A DNA stretch of 64,000 nt from contig NC_058373.1 in the NCBI RefSeq assembly GCF_018350175.1, forward strand, positions 99,760,001 to 99,824,000, written 5' to 3'. The notes below the pieces were generated by a model that was not told the DNA's origin, did not search any database, and saw only the letters and a program-made list of their open reading frames with translations. Each line of letters begins with the position of its first letter. Within the stretch, counting starts at the first letter, position 1. Source of the stretch: Felis catus. Its lineage: Eukaryota. The position numbers and the translations under genes are program-made. Of this stretch, positions 23,743 to 34,132 are shown piece after piece.

Positions 23743-23969
23743 AGGGCTGTCTGGGTGGCTCAGTCGGTTAAGCATCCGACTTCGGCTCAGGTCATGATCT
23801 CACGGTTTGTGAGTTTGAGCCCCGCATCCGGCTCTGTGCTGACAGCTCAGAGCCTGGAGCCTGCTTCGGATTCTGTCTCTCCCTGTCTCTTGGCCCCTAC
23901 CCTGCTCACATTCTGTCTCTCTCTTTCTCTCTCTCTCAAAAATAATAAACATTAAAAAAATTATTTTAA
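23743..23969 (+). mobile_element. CAN-SINE (SINEC_Fc-like)
   Basis: TSD aagagaatgttcct. Confidence 0.93.
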
Positions 23970-25379
23970 AAGAGAATGTTCCTCTAAAGTAATGTTTTCG
24001 GTTGACACCTCTTCCTTCGCCATTATAAAATGGTGGTTGTGAATAAAGACACAATTACACTGAATTTTTAAAATTTAGACAGCAAGAGCCATAGTTCTTC
24101 TCCAAAAGAAAAGCTGCACATTATGTCTACACCCTTTAAGTTAGTCATCACTGCTCTTTCAGATAATTGAGGCCAGGCCCTCACTTTATAGAAAAACAGC
24201 TTTAGGGATGGTGTATTTCTTTTTTGGCATGTCAAGAGTCCATCACAGTATTAAGTAAAAAAAAAAAAAAAAAGAATGGAATGGCATAGCATAGACTAGA
24301 ATAGAAATGGTGAGGGACTCATCTCCCCACAGTGTTCAGGAGGACAGCAAGTCTCTTTCCACCAAGGCTTAAGACCCAGTTAATCTGCAACTTGGCTCGG
24401 TTTCCGTGGCTTCTCCTGTCCTCTATTTTGTGGTTTCTGACCACCATTCCCCTCCCTTATCTTGAGCTCACATCCACTGTGCCTCAGTTTATATGGCCAA
24501 GATACACCAAGCTTCATTTTTCTCAGAATAATCTGCTGCCTAAAATTGCCCCAACGGAACACTAGGCTTAAGTCTTCTGCAGTTAGGACATATGGGTGAT
24601 GGGAAGGGCCAGGGATAGGGAAAGTGCATGCGGGGAGGGCCAGAACTTCCCTTAGACCAGGGTTGTTCTTGCACAACACGGGCAGCACATGGATCACTTT
24701 CAAATCATTTGCAAAATCTTGTGTTTATAGGAGTTCGGGGTAGATGTTCCACAGTGCCTGCCTATCCTTTTCTCGAAGAGTTAAGGGCCAGCACCCTGGA
24801 ACGTGCAGGCCCAGAGCTCCAAACTTTAGCATGAACTCTCTTTTGGGTCCAGTCCCGGGATCACCTGAAGCACAAGGCAGGGAACACTCTTTAGTACTGG
24901 AGCCATATCCCTGCCCCAGTCTTCCTAGGGAAATAGTCTCCCGTCCCCTCTACCACAAAGCACCTATGGTTTGGGGGAAGGGATTTCTGTAAAACATCAT
25001 ATGCCTGGAAAATAACGTCCCCCCAAAGGTTCTGTGTTTAAAAAAAGTTTTTGGAAGTATAGTGGACACCAAAAGTTTTTTCAAGAATGGATTATACAAA
25101 ACCATAGGCAGGATACCCTAATGTCTTTCACAAGGCAGGTAAACTTATGACAGTCTCTGCCTGCAGTTTAACTGTAAAAAGTGTGAAGGGGGAAAAAAAA
25201 AAAACCCCAAAGAAAGACGAGTAGCTACTTAGCTATAGCTGTGGTTTTTAACTATATAGACAGGAGCAGCGATAGCCACAAACCTTTGTAACACTTTTGC
25301 AAACAAGCCTCTTACAAACCCGTAACCGGTTAGCTGTGAACTTCACGTGAGCCTTTGTATCACAGGTTGTTTACAGAGA

Positions 25380-25635
25380 AGGTGGCAGACTGTGTAGTGG
25401 CTAAAAGGAGGGTTTTGGTCCCACTGCTTGAGTGTGGCTCCTCCATGACTTCCCTACTTCCCTGGAGGGTGACTTGGGGCATGGTAACTAATCTACTAGG
25501 CCTTGATTTCCTCCTCACTAAAACAGGAATAATCATATTTTGCAAGTTTGTGTAAGGATTAAACAGAATGAGACTTACAAATTGCTTAGCCCCACGCCTG
25601 GCACACATAAGTCTTCAGTAAATATTAACTGCTAT
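25380..25635 (+). mobile_element. MIR SINE
   Basis: 'gtgacttggggcatgg...tttcctcctcactaaaacaggaataat...gcctggcacacataagtcttcagtaaatattaactgctat'. Confidence 0.75.
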
Positions 25636-25799
25636 CCACATAGGGTTCAATTTCCAAAGGAAAATCAGATTGTATAGTAATGATCACGAACTGAATTCTG
25701 GAAGCTAACGTCATTTGTTTGACTGATGGGTCTTTTGTTGTTAAGTGTGATAAATGAATAATTTTCAGCTGTTTCAGGGGTTGGGTAAAGGTTCTAAAA

Positions 25800-25900
25800 C
25801 AGTGGTTCCCAACCTTGGTTGCATGTTAGAATCATCTGGGGGTGGGAGCAAGCCATCAGAGTAGTCTTAACAGTCCTCAGGTGATTTCAGTGAACAACCA
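25800..25900. mobile_element. MER5-like hAT fragment
   Basis: 'cagtggttcccaaccttggttgcatgttagaatcatctgggg...caggtgattt'. Confidence 0.6.
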
Positions 25901-26047
25901 AATAAAGTTCTCATTTGCCCCCAAATTCTGAAACCACGATGGAGTTGCATTAACAGTAGAAAAGTAGCCCAGAATCACAGTACCCAGTCAGAGCCAAGAG
26001 GAAACTTTCCATGAGAGGCTGAAAGTGTTCTAAAGAAGATAAATCTA

Positions 26048-26253
26048 GGGGTGCCTGGGTGGCTCAGTCGGTTAAGCGTCCGACTTCGGCTCAGGTCATG
26101 ATCTCGCGGTTCGTGGGTTCGAGCCCCACGTCGGGCTCTGTGCCAACAGCTCAGAGCCTGGAGCCTATTTCAGATTCTGTGTCTCCCTCTTTCTCTGACC
26201 CTCCCCTGTTCATGCTCTCTCTCTGTCTCAAAAATAAATAAATGTTAAAAAAA
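26048..26253 (+). mobile_element. CAN-SINE (SINEC_Fc-like)
   Basis: Exact 16-bp TSD aaagaagataaatcta. Confidence 0.95.
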
Positions 26254-26635
26254 AAAGAAGATAAATCTAAAGAACACTAATTTTGATCCATACCACCTTG
26301 TAGGTACCAAATCAAACTCTATATTCTTAGCAAAGCCCTGTAGAGAGAGCCTCTATCCTAAGGAATCAAAACTGAACTTGACTCGTTTAGATTGTTCATA
26401 GCAAATTTGTTAGTCAAGTGTGCAAAAACACGTATAAATTCTATTAGCCTTGGAAGCTGATTTCAGAGTAGCAGTGAAACGTTATTAATTGATATATCCA
26501 ATGTGTCAGCCTTTCATTAAAATCTAGGATCGGCTGGAGGGAGAAGGAAATGTGGAGTTATTGTTTAACGGGTACAGGGTTTCAGGTTGGGGTGATGAAG
26601 AAAAGGTTCTGGAGATGGATGGTGGCGATGGTTGC

Positions 26636-26771
26636 TATTCTGTGTTCTTTTACGTGATGGCCAGTCCGGTGCAGCCAGAAGAGGAGCACAGGAAAGGCTC
26701 GGGAAAATAAGTTGTATCATACAGCAAACACTGCACAACACCAGAGCCGCAAGGAAGGTACTAGAGTAGAT

Positions 26772-26805
<34 letters not shown>

Positions 26806-27313
26806 AAGGAGCAGGAGCCAGAGGACAGCCTGGGCCTCTCCAGAGGAATATTGCCCCTGGGATACAGGACCACGTGGAGGGGCTCAGGCTTGGTTACTTT
26901 GCATATCACAGGACAGCTCCTGGGTGAGCCCTGGGCTGTCTCTGAAGAATGGCTAGCCCTGGGGCACCTGGGTGGCTTAGTCAGTTAAGGGTCCAACTCA
27001 GGATTTCAGCTCAGGTCCTGATTTCACAGTTAGCGAGATCGAGCCCTGCATCACTCTGTGCTGACAGTGTGGAGCCTGCTTGGGATTCTCTCTCTCCCTC
27101 TCCCTCTCCCCGTCCCCCACTCCCTCCCTCCCTCCCTCCCTCCCTCTGTCCCTGTCTCTCTCTCTCTCTTTTTCCCAAAATACATAAATAAACATTAAAA
27201 AAAAAAAAAAGAATGGCTAGCCCTGGGGAGAGGCAATCTCTTCCCAACCAGAAAGGTTTTAAAATGTCAAAACATCTTGATATACAGAAAATAAAAAAAA
27301 CATAAACAACATA
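26636..27313 (-). mobile_element. ERVL-class LTR (MER54/MER74/LTR53 group), interrupted by a SINE
   Basis: 5-bp TSD gttgc; reverse strand has 'gatgttttgacatt...gagattgcctctccccagggctagccattct...gatatgcaaagtaaccaa' as in the recalled consensus of this group. Confidence 0.7.
26961..27208 (+). mobile_element. CAN-SINE nested in LTR
   Basis: Exact 16-bp TSD aagaatggctagccct. Confidence 0.95.
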
Positions 27314-28759
27314 GTTGCACAACAATATACATGTACTTAATGCTACTGATTTTACACTTGAACGTGGTTAAAATGGTAGATTTTTATGCTATGTGTATTT
27401 TACAATTAAAGACAAACCTAGGATCCACAACATCAAAAATGGTGAGCTCTGGGCAAGAGACAAGGACCATGGGGGTGGGGGTGGGGGTGGGGGAAGGAAA
27501 TGGTGAGGTAAAAAAAGATAAAACTTATATCATGAACTTCAGGGTCCCTAAAGTATGTCACTTTTCCCAGTGTAAAAGAAGAAATTATCTCCTCCAAAAT
27601 CTTGGCCACCTCATGAAATACAAATTTTAAGCATTTCTAAAAATTGCCCAGTATGATGGATGAAAGGGAAAGGAAACAAATAGTACAGAATTGCTTCATT
27701 CTCTAAAACCATTTTTCACTCCTCATTGCTCTCTATTGCTCTCTAATGAGATCAGGAACTATGATACGGGTCATTCCCCACTGAAAACCTGACTCATCTT
27801 CATGTGTGACACTAGAGTGCTGAGCCCTGTCTACACTGCCCGCTATGGCTAGCCAGTTCAGGGTCATCATATGCTTTGGCCAAACTAGATCATAAGTTCA
27901 GCTACAGACTTTTTCTATGACAGAGTGTCAGTTGTATGTGTGTGTGTTAACTAATATATTTTAATCTACTGGACTTTTGTACACCATTATCTTGAAATTC
28001 TAATCTTCAAAATTGCTCCTTGGATATACCATATAAGTACTGTCTATTTCCCATCCAAAATAGTTTGGCTGACAAGAAAAGTATTGCTCTGTTGCATATT
28101 CCCACCTAACTTTCCTTTTCTCTGTATAATCAGGGAAATCCACCATCAATTCTCCTTTTTCCTTGCTCATCTGCCAAGTCTTTCCTCCATTCCCTATTCC
28201 AAGATTCTCTGTCATAAACACCTCTGGCTGCCAAACCTTCCTGCTCTTGTCCTAACATAAGCAACCCAAAGATGACTACTCTTCTCCATCCCTGCAATTT
28301 GCTTTGTATATCCAATTGCCAGATGCCTGCAGAGTAAGTACCAGGAGGAAAGGAAAAAAAACATTCCTTTTTCTGGCAAAGGAGCCTGGAGGAAAGAAGT
28401 CGCAGCTCTCTAACTCACAGGCTCCCCCTGGTAAGAAAGTCCCTATAACATTATAAAGAACTGGTTTTAAAGTCGGGTGTGATTTCCCTTTGTTTTCCTC
28501 TTTTCAGTAAGCCATGTGGGAGTGTTTGATCTTCATGGAGCATGTACTGTTCCATTCCTTTGAATCTGACCAGAACTTGCATTGATCCCCAAATATGTGA
28601 GGAATCAGATGGGAACTGGTATACCAGTTTGAAAACATTGGTCAATGGGCAAAGATGTGTCAGCTTTCCAGTATTTAGGAGGTTGTTCTAAGGGCATTTG
28701 TTCTAAGATAGGCTATAGCCATGAATGTAGCACATGGCTGAGCACTCTACTCGCTGTCA

Positions 28760-29100
28760 AGGAAGTTGGAATGTTTGTCCCAACTCTGCCAACTAACCAG
28801 CCCTTGGGGACTTGGGAAAGTCACCTGACTTCTCTGCACTTTGGTGTCCTCACTGAAGGAGATAATGACAACTAACATTGTGGGGTACTTACTGGGTGAG
28901 CACTGTTTTACATAGCTTGCACATATTACTTCCGGTCATCCTCCCAAAAAACCCAAGAAGTAGGTACTGTTTTCATTATCACCCATTTTACAGATGTAAA
29001 AACTGAGGCACAAAGATTTGTTTTCTTACCAACGGTCCCAAAGCTATCTATGGAGTCAGGATTCAAGGCCAGGCAGTCCCATGTCCAGAACCCATGCTCT
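28760..29100. mobile_element. Two adjacent MIR fragments (+ then -)
   Basis: 'gacttgggaaagtcacctgacttctctgcac' and 'cccattttacagatgtaaaaactgaggcacaaaga'. Confidence 0.65.
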
Positions 29101-29171
29101 GGGTGACTTCTCTCCCTGAATTGTGATAATTAAGTCAGATTAAGTGTTTGGATATAAATGTAACATATTGT

Positions 29172-29379
29172 GGGGTGCCTGGGTAGCTCAGTAGGCTGAG
29201 CATCCGACTTCGGCTCAGGTCATGATCTCACAGTTCATGGGTTTGAGCCCCGCGTCAGGCTCTGTGCTGAGCCTGGAGCCTGTTTCGGATTCTGTGTCTC
29301 CCTCTGTCTCTCTGCCCCTCCCCCGCTCATGCTCTGTCTCTCTCTCTGTCAAAAATAAATTTAAAAAAAATTTTTTTAA
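29172..29379 (+). mobile_element. CAN-SINE (SINEC_Fc-like)
   Basis: Exact 18-bp TSD ataaatgtaacatattgt. Confidence 0.95.
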
Positions 29380-29517
29380 ATAAATGTAACATATTGTTAC
29401 TAACTTTCCTGAAGTTCACGTCCTCATCTGTCAGAAGGAGACAATGCTTACATTTCAGAGTTTTTTGTCAAGAATAAACATGGAAGAATGAGATTCTGCT
29501 ACCTTTTACCCCTACTG

Positions 29518-29522
29518 GCGCG

Positions 29523-29560
<38 letters not shown>
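29518..29560. repeat. Compound (GC)n(CA)15 microsatellite
   Basis: Direct reading. Confidence 0.95.
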
Positions 29561-29561
<1 letters not shown>

Positions 29562-29655
29562 TTTGTTCTTAAATCTTAAGAAATTGCACGTCGTCTAATC
29601 CCACCCACTGCTACAACATAAAACTAATATAATTTTTCCTTTTTGCTTCTTACAG

Positions 29656-29877
29656 ATTTTTGCATACATGAATGAAACGTCTTCCCGAAAAGAAAAGTGG
29701 GACCTCCAAGCTCTTAGATTTTTATCCATCAATTCAATAATCGACCCTTGGGTCTTTGCCATCCTTCGGCCTCCTGTTCTGAGACTAATGCGTTCAGTCC
29801 TGTGTTGTCGGGTTTCATTAAGAACACAAGATGCAGCACAGACTTCCTGTTCTATACAGTCAAATGCCAGTAAATAG
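29656..29877 (+). CDS. PTGER2: Prostaglandin E2 receptor EP2 subtype, coding exon 2 (aa 282-354; TM7 and C-tail)
   Basis: tacag|ATT TTT GCA TAC ATG: IFAYMNETSSRKEKWDLQALRFLSINSIIDPWVFAILRPPVLRLMRSVLCC...NASK*; conserved TM7 Arg and DPWVF motif. Confidence 0.97.
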   Translation: MFAYMNETSSRKEKWDLQALRFLSINSIIDPWVFAILRPPVLRLMRSVLCCRVSLRTQDAAQTSCSIQSNASK

Positions 29878-31055
29878 ATTGACCTTTGTGGACAGTAGTT
29901 AAGAAGTGCTTAGTTAGCCAGCATCTGGAAGATCATTTTGAAATGGCTCCTTGGAGAAATGAAAAAAGTTAGTTTATAAACAAAGTGAAGCTACCCTAAT
30001 AAAACAGAGTAAACAAACGTTTCAGCAGCAGTTTGTGCTACAGAGGTGCTGACAAGGCACTTCACAGAAGGTGTCAGGAGAATACATAAAAGCTGCCCTC
30101 GATGAGCATGTTACATGGCCTTTGAGAAAAAACCAACTGCATTTAGGATCCGGTTGCCTTTTGATTTAAGCTTTCTGTTGAATGAGAGCATATGTGGTTT
30201 TGTAATTTGTTTAAAACCCTAAGTAGTTACTGCGTGTTCGATTTCAATCATCTATGCTACTGCCGCTGTAAACATACGGTGCACAGTCAGGCCAGAGAAA
30301 ACTTCACATGTATTCTCTACGAAGTCCATACGAGGAAGCAACCACGCCTGGTGTCTTGTGATTGCTTAAGAAACCCTTTGTTTGGCCAGTGAATTTGGAA
30401 ATCACAGGCACTTTGTAGTGTCGTATTTGTGCACGTGGGAGGACTCCCTCGTCACTACAGTATTACGCGTGGGAAGAGTAAGTAAGCTCAGCTGGTTAAC
30501 GTCACCTTCTCACTACTCCTCCGGAAGCTGGGTGTCAAAGTATCGGGTTATTTATTTTACAATGTCCGTTGTGCCGACAGTAATGAAGAACACTTTCGGA
30601 ATTTTCCTCTCAACAAGAAATAATAGGCTATTGAGAGAGTTAATTCTGATTAATATTCTTCATTCTATTTCCAGGGAGAGGCTATGGGGCTATGTCTGCA
30701 ACCAAGTATTAGAATTAAGAATGGAAATATCTGATCAATTCTCAGTAAACCCTGAAACTCTTCTAAGGCTCATGCTGAGGCTGTGACTAACATCTACTTT
30801 ATAAGGTGACTGTTGTAGCAAAACTCATGCATCTAAGTTTTTATCCAGGAAACATGATTTGACTCATACTATATAGGAAATAATGCAACAGTGAGTCATA
30901 TCTTAATATGTTTCTAAATCTAAATGTTTGCCATGGTATAAAAATATACCGGCATTAAAATATTTCAGCAAATTTGCACTGCTTAATCATCTTAGTTCCT
31001 GCATAAACTCATCTGAAATGTCACAAAAATAAACTATGAAACAAAAATTTAGAAA
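29878..31055 (+). other. PTGER2: Probable PTGER2 3' UTR
   Basis: Repeat-free AT-rich sequence after the stop codon up to AATAAA; exact end inferred. Confidence 0.6.
31028..31033 (+). terminator. PTGER2: Candidate main polyadenylation signal AATAAA
   Basis: AATAAA ~1.15 kb after the stop; alternatives at 29998 (AATAAA), 30955 (ATTAAA) and 31485 (AATAAA). Confidence 0.55.
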
Positions 31056-32159
31056 TGGAAGAGTGTTGAGTTCCCCCAAATAACAGTTTATAGAGTAGAT
31101 ATATTTTTTAGGGAGATAAAAGTGGAAAAATTATATATATTTTGGCAAGTTTTTAAAAGTATGGTTTCATTGTAATTTAAATGTTAAAATAGTCAGTATA
31201 GTACTTGGTATTCGAGTATTTTTTTTTCCTTACAGCATGATCTTCAGAATAGTAGAAACACCTTATTTATTTATTTATTTTGCAGTGTGTTATTACAGGA
31301 TAGCTATTATAAAAAACCAAAAAGGGGATGTCAGTTTTTTCCAAGGTCTCGTTGAGTTGCTTACGCAAAACCGTTTCCTATAAGTAGTTATCAAAGTAGG
31401 TGATCACTTAAAGTGATTCCAAACCAATCTAGCATCAGTATATTTTGACACAATCTATGTCAAATCAGCTCTTATTTTTAAAAGAATAAATAAATGGTTT
31501 GCTTTCCTACTGATTTAAACAAACCAGGCAAAATTTAACTTAACTGAAATCTGGACATGTAAATAAATCTTCCCTGCAAACAAGTATTCTGAAGTTAAGA
31601 AATTGCTCTAAACAGGACTAATAATTATACTCATGGGTAATTCCTAAACATAAAATTCTAACGTTACTTTGAATATGAAAGATTGATTTATGACTATTTT
31701 TTCCTCCAAATGAAACCAAATGAAAATGTTAACTATAGTCCTTCTCTTCACCTCACCATCACCCCAAAATTCTGAAATAATGCCTGAGAACCTTAAAAAA
31801 CAAACAAACAAAAAACAAGAAAAGGCATAGTTGGACATAGTATCTCTAGTGGGAACAAAATGATTTACTCTGGGGGCCCAATATATAAAAGTTGAAGCCA
31901 TTTATTTAAGAACTGGTAGATTTCTAGAGCTTTGTTTCCTGATGTACTCCTGTTCCTTGTACTGTATTAAATGGCTGAGTCCTGTTGTTTTGTTTGCATA
32001 TACACAGAAGGAATCAAATGTAAAAATCCTGTGTAATAGACAATCACCTATTATTAATGGCAATTTAAAGGTAACAGAAAAAATTAGACGGGTAAATATT
32101 TCCTTTCTAAAAATCCCATCACCTCAGACATATCTGTTCACGTTTACTGACTCATTTTC

Positions 32160-32400
32160 TTTTTTTTTTTTTTTTTTTTATTAAAAAATTTTTTTTTCAA
32201 CATTTATTTATTTTTGGGACAGAGAGAGACAGAGCATGAACGAGGGAGGGACAGAGAGAGAGGGAGACACAGAATCAGAAACAAGCTCCAGGCTCTGAGC
32301 CATCAGCCCAGAGCCTGACGCGGGGCTCGAACTCACGGACCGCGAGATCGTGACCTGGCTGAAGTCGGACGCTTAACCGACTGCGCCACCCAGGCGCCCC
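32160..32400 (-). mobile_element. Young CAN-SINE (SINEC_Fc)
   Basis: Many intact CpGs, long pure T tract, exact 16-bp TSD ttactgactcattttc. Confidence 0.97.
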
Positions 32401-33654
32401 ATTACTGACTCATTTTCAACTTAAATGAAAAACACGGAGCTTAGCCTCGTATGTCAGAGAATTGAATTGTGATAAAAAAAAAGATGCAGGTTTTATTTGT
32501 TGTCCCCGACAGTCATTGGGATGAAAAGGGAAAAACCATAGCGGATTTTCACTTCAGAATCCCAGCTCTGACGTTAGGCATCCAGAATTGGATGGGCCAG
32601 AGTAGTCTGCTCTGAGCCAAATTGTTCCCAGTTCCCTGTGGCCTCAGGTCATGTTTCCCAAGAGGGAACTGGAAAATTCTGGTACTAACTTATGGCCTGG
32701 AACATCCAAAGATCTGATAGAAGATACAGAAAGCCTCCAAAAGACCTGAATCTCAAAGTGGTTTGGACCCATGACAACGTAGAACCAGAACAAAGCTCTA
32801 GAAACTGCGCCAACCCAAAACCACCACACTGGCAGAGGCTGTAAGCCCTGAGCGGCAAGCAAGGAAAATCCGATCGGTATCACTGCAGTCTCAGTGTAAT
32901 TCACTTACATTCTTGGCACCCCTGTCTGCTCATGTCGATGCGCTTTGAAAGGGTTGTCCTAATGTTCGTGTAATGTCAGCTCTGATTTGGATCAAGAAAA
33001 AACCCAATATATTCAGGGGTAAACTTTGGTGGCATTGAAACGCAGGGGAAAACAATTAGCTTGCACTTATGTAAAGATTTATTTCGTTTAGCCAAATCTC
33101 ATGGTTTTCTGAATTTAGGAAGAGCCCCCGCTTGAGCCATTTACAGATGGAGATGCAGTCTTCTCTGCAAATGAGAAGTTTATATGTGTGGACATACAGT
33201 GCCTACGCATGCAGGTGGTATTACAACTTAAATATTGACGACTGTCTTCTGCCTCATCAAACACTTAACTTCATTGGATTTCCTCTTTGAGTACACATTT
33301 ATAATACCTCCAATCACCTAACAGCATTATAATTGATTTCTTAATTTACAAAGCATTGTGATCAACTTAAGTACACACTGTGGAAATAAATGTTATTCTA
33401 GCAGCTCACTAAAGTTATAGTCTATACAGGGGACCAAAGACATGTATTGGGCATTAATTTTCTATTTCAGAAAGTTACTCTTTTTTTGGTGTTTTGTTGG
33501 TATCTTTCACAATTCCTTTCATTGTTAAGTACATTTTCTTGAATTACATTTTGTATTCCCTCTAAAATGAATGTACTATTAAAGTTCAGTTGGGGTGGTT
33601 TAATTCTGTGATCCAGGTGTTTCATTTTTTAAGAATCTGCCAAGAGTCAAATCA

Positions 33655-34075
33655 GTGAAGTTTCCAGTAAAAAGAGATGGCGTCCTCCAAAGGGTCACTG
33701 AGGACTGTTGAATGAAAGGCATGTTTACAGAGGGAATCGACAAGGGATGGTGGACGTCCCTTACACACTCTACCACCCCTAGGCCTGAAGCGACAAGGGA
33801 GAGGCAGCCACTGGAGGCAAACTATAAGATGTCACCCAACTGGAGCTGTAGCCCTAAGTAGGGAAGCATAGCTGTTGGCAAATCGCAGGGAGGGAACAAA
33901 GGGACTCCCTTCCTGGAGACTTCTCCTCCTACTCTCTACTCTTCTGCTGGTTTGTCCCATTGCCCAAACCCAGCTGTAATCCACAGAGTCAGGGGAGCCT
34001 GGGTAAAGCAGCCCATGAAGGCCATACTACAGGAGAGAGCAGATTTAGAAGAGCAAGTGGAGACCATCCTGCATA
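33655..34075. mobile_element. ERVL-class LTR (LTR16-like)
   Basis: 'cccattgcccaaacccagctg...cagagtcaggggagcctgggtaaagcagcccatg' resembles the recalled LTR16 consensus. Confidence 0.55.
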
Positions 34076-34091
34076 ACTAAATTAAAAATAT

Positions 34092-34093
<2 letters not shown>

Positions 34094-34128
<35 letters not shown>
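34094..34128. repeat. (CT)n microsatellite
   Basis: Direct reading. Confidence 0.95.

Positions 34129-34132
<4 letters not shown>

Larger units (their letters stand above)
26533..27412 (+). mobile_element. L1MB-like 3' UTR split into 26533-26635 and 27314-27412
   Basis: 'ggttctggagatggatggtggcgatggttgc' continues as 'gttgcacaacaatatacatgtacttaatgctactga...aaaatggt...atgtgtattttacaattaaa'. Confidence 0.8.
18317..29655 (+). other. PTGER2: PTGER2 intron (11,339 nt, phase 0)
   Basis: GTAAGT donor; ctaat branch-like motif at ~29624, pyrimidine tract and tacAG acceptor; intron position at TM6 is typical of prostanoid receptor genes. Confidence 0.95.

Noticed and set aside
30192..30786. ORFs downstream of the PTGER2 stop codon
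   Set aside because: They lie in the 3' UTR with no recognisable protein similarity
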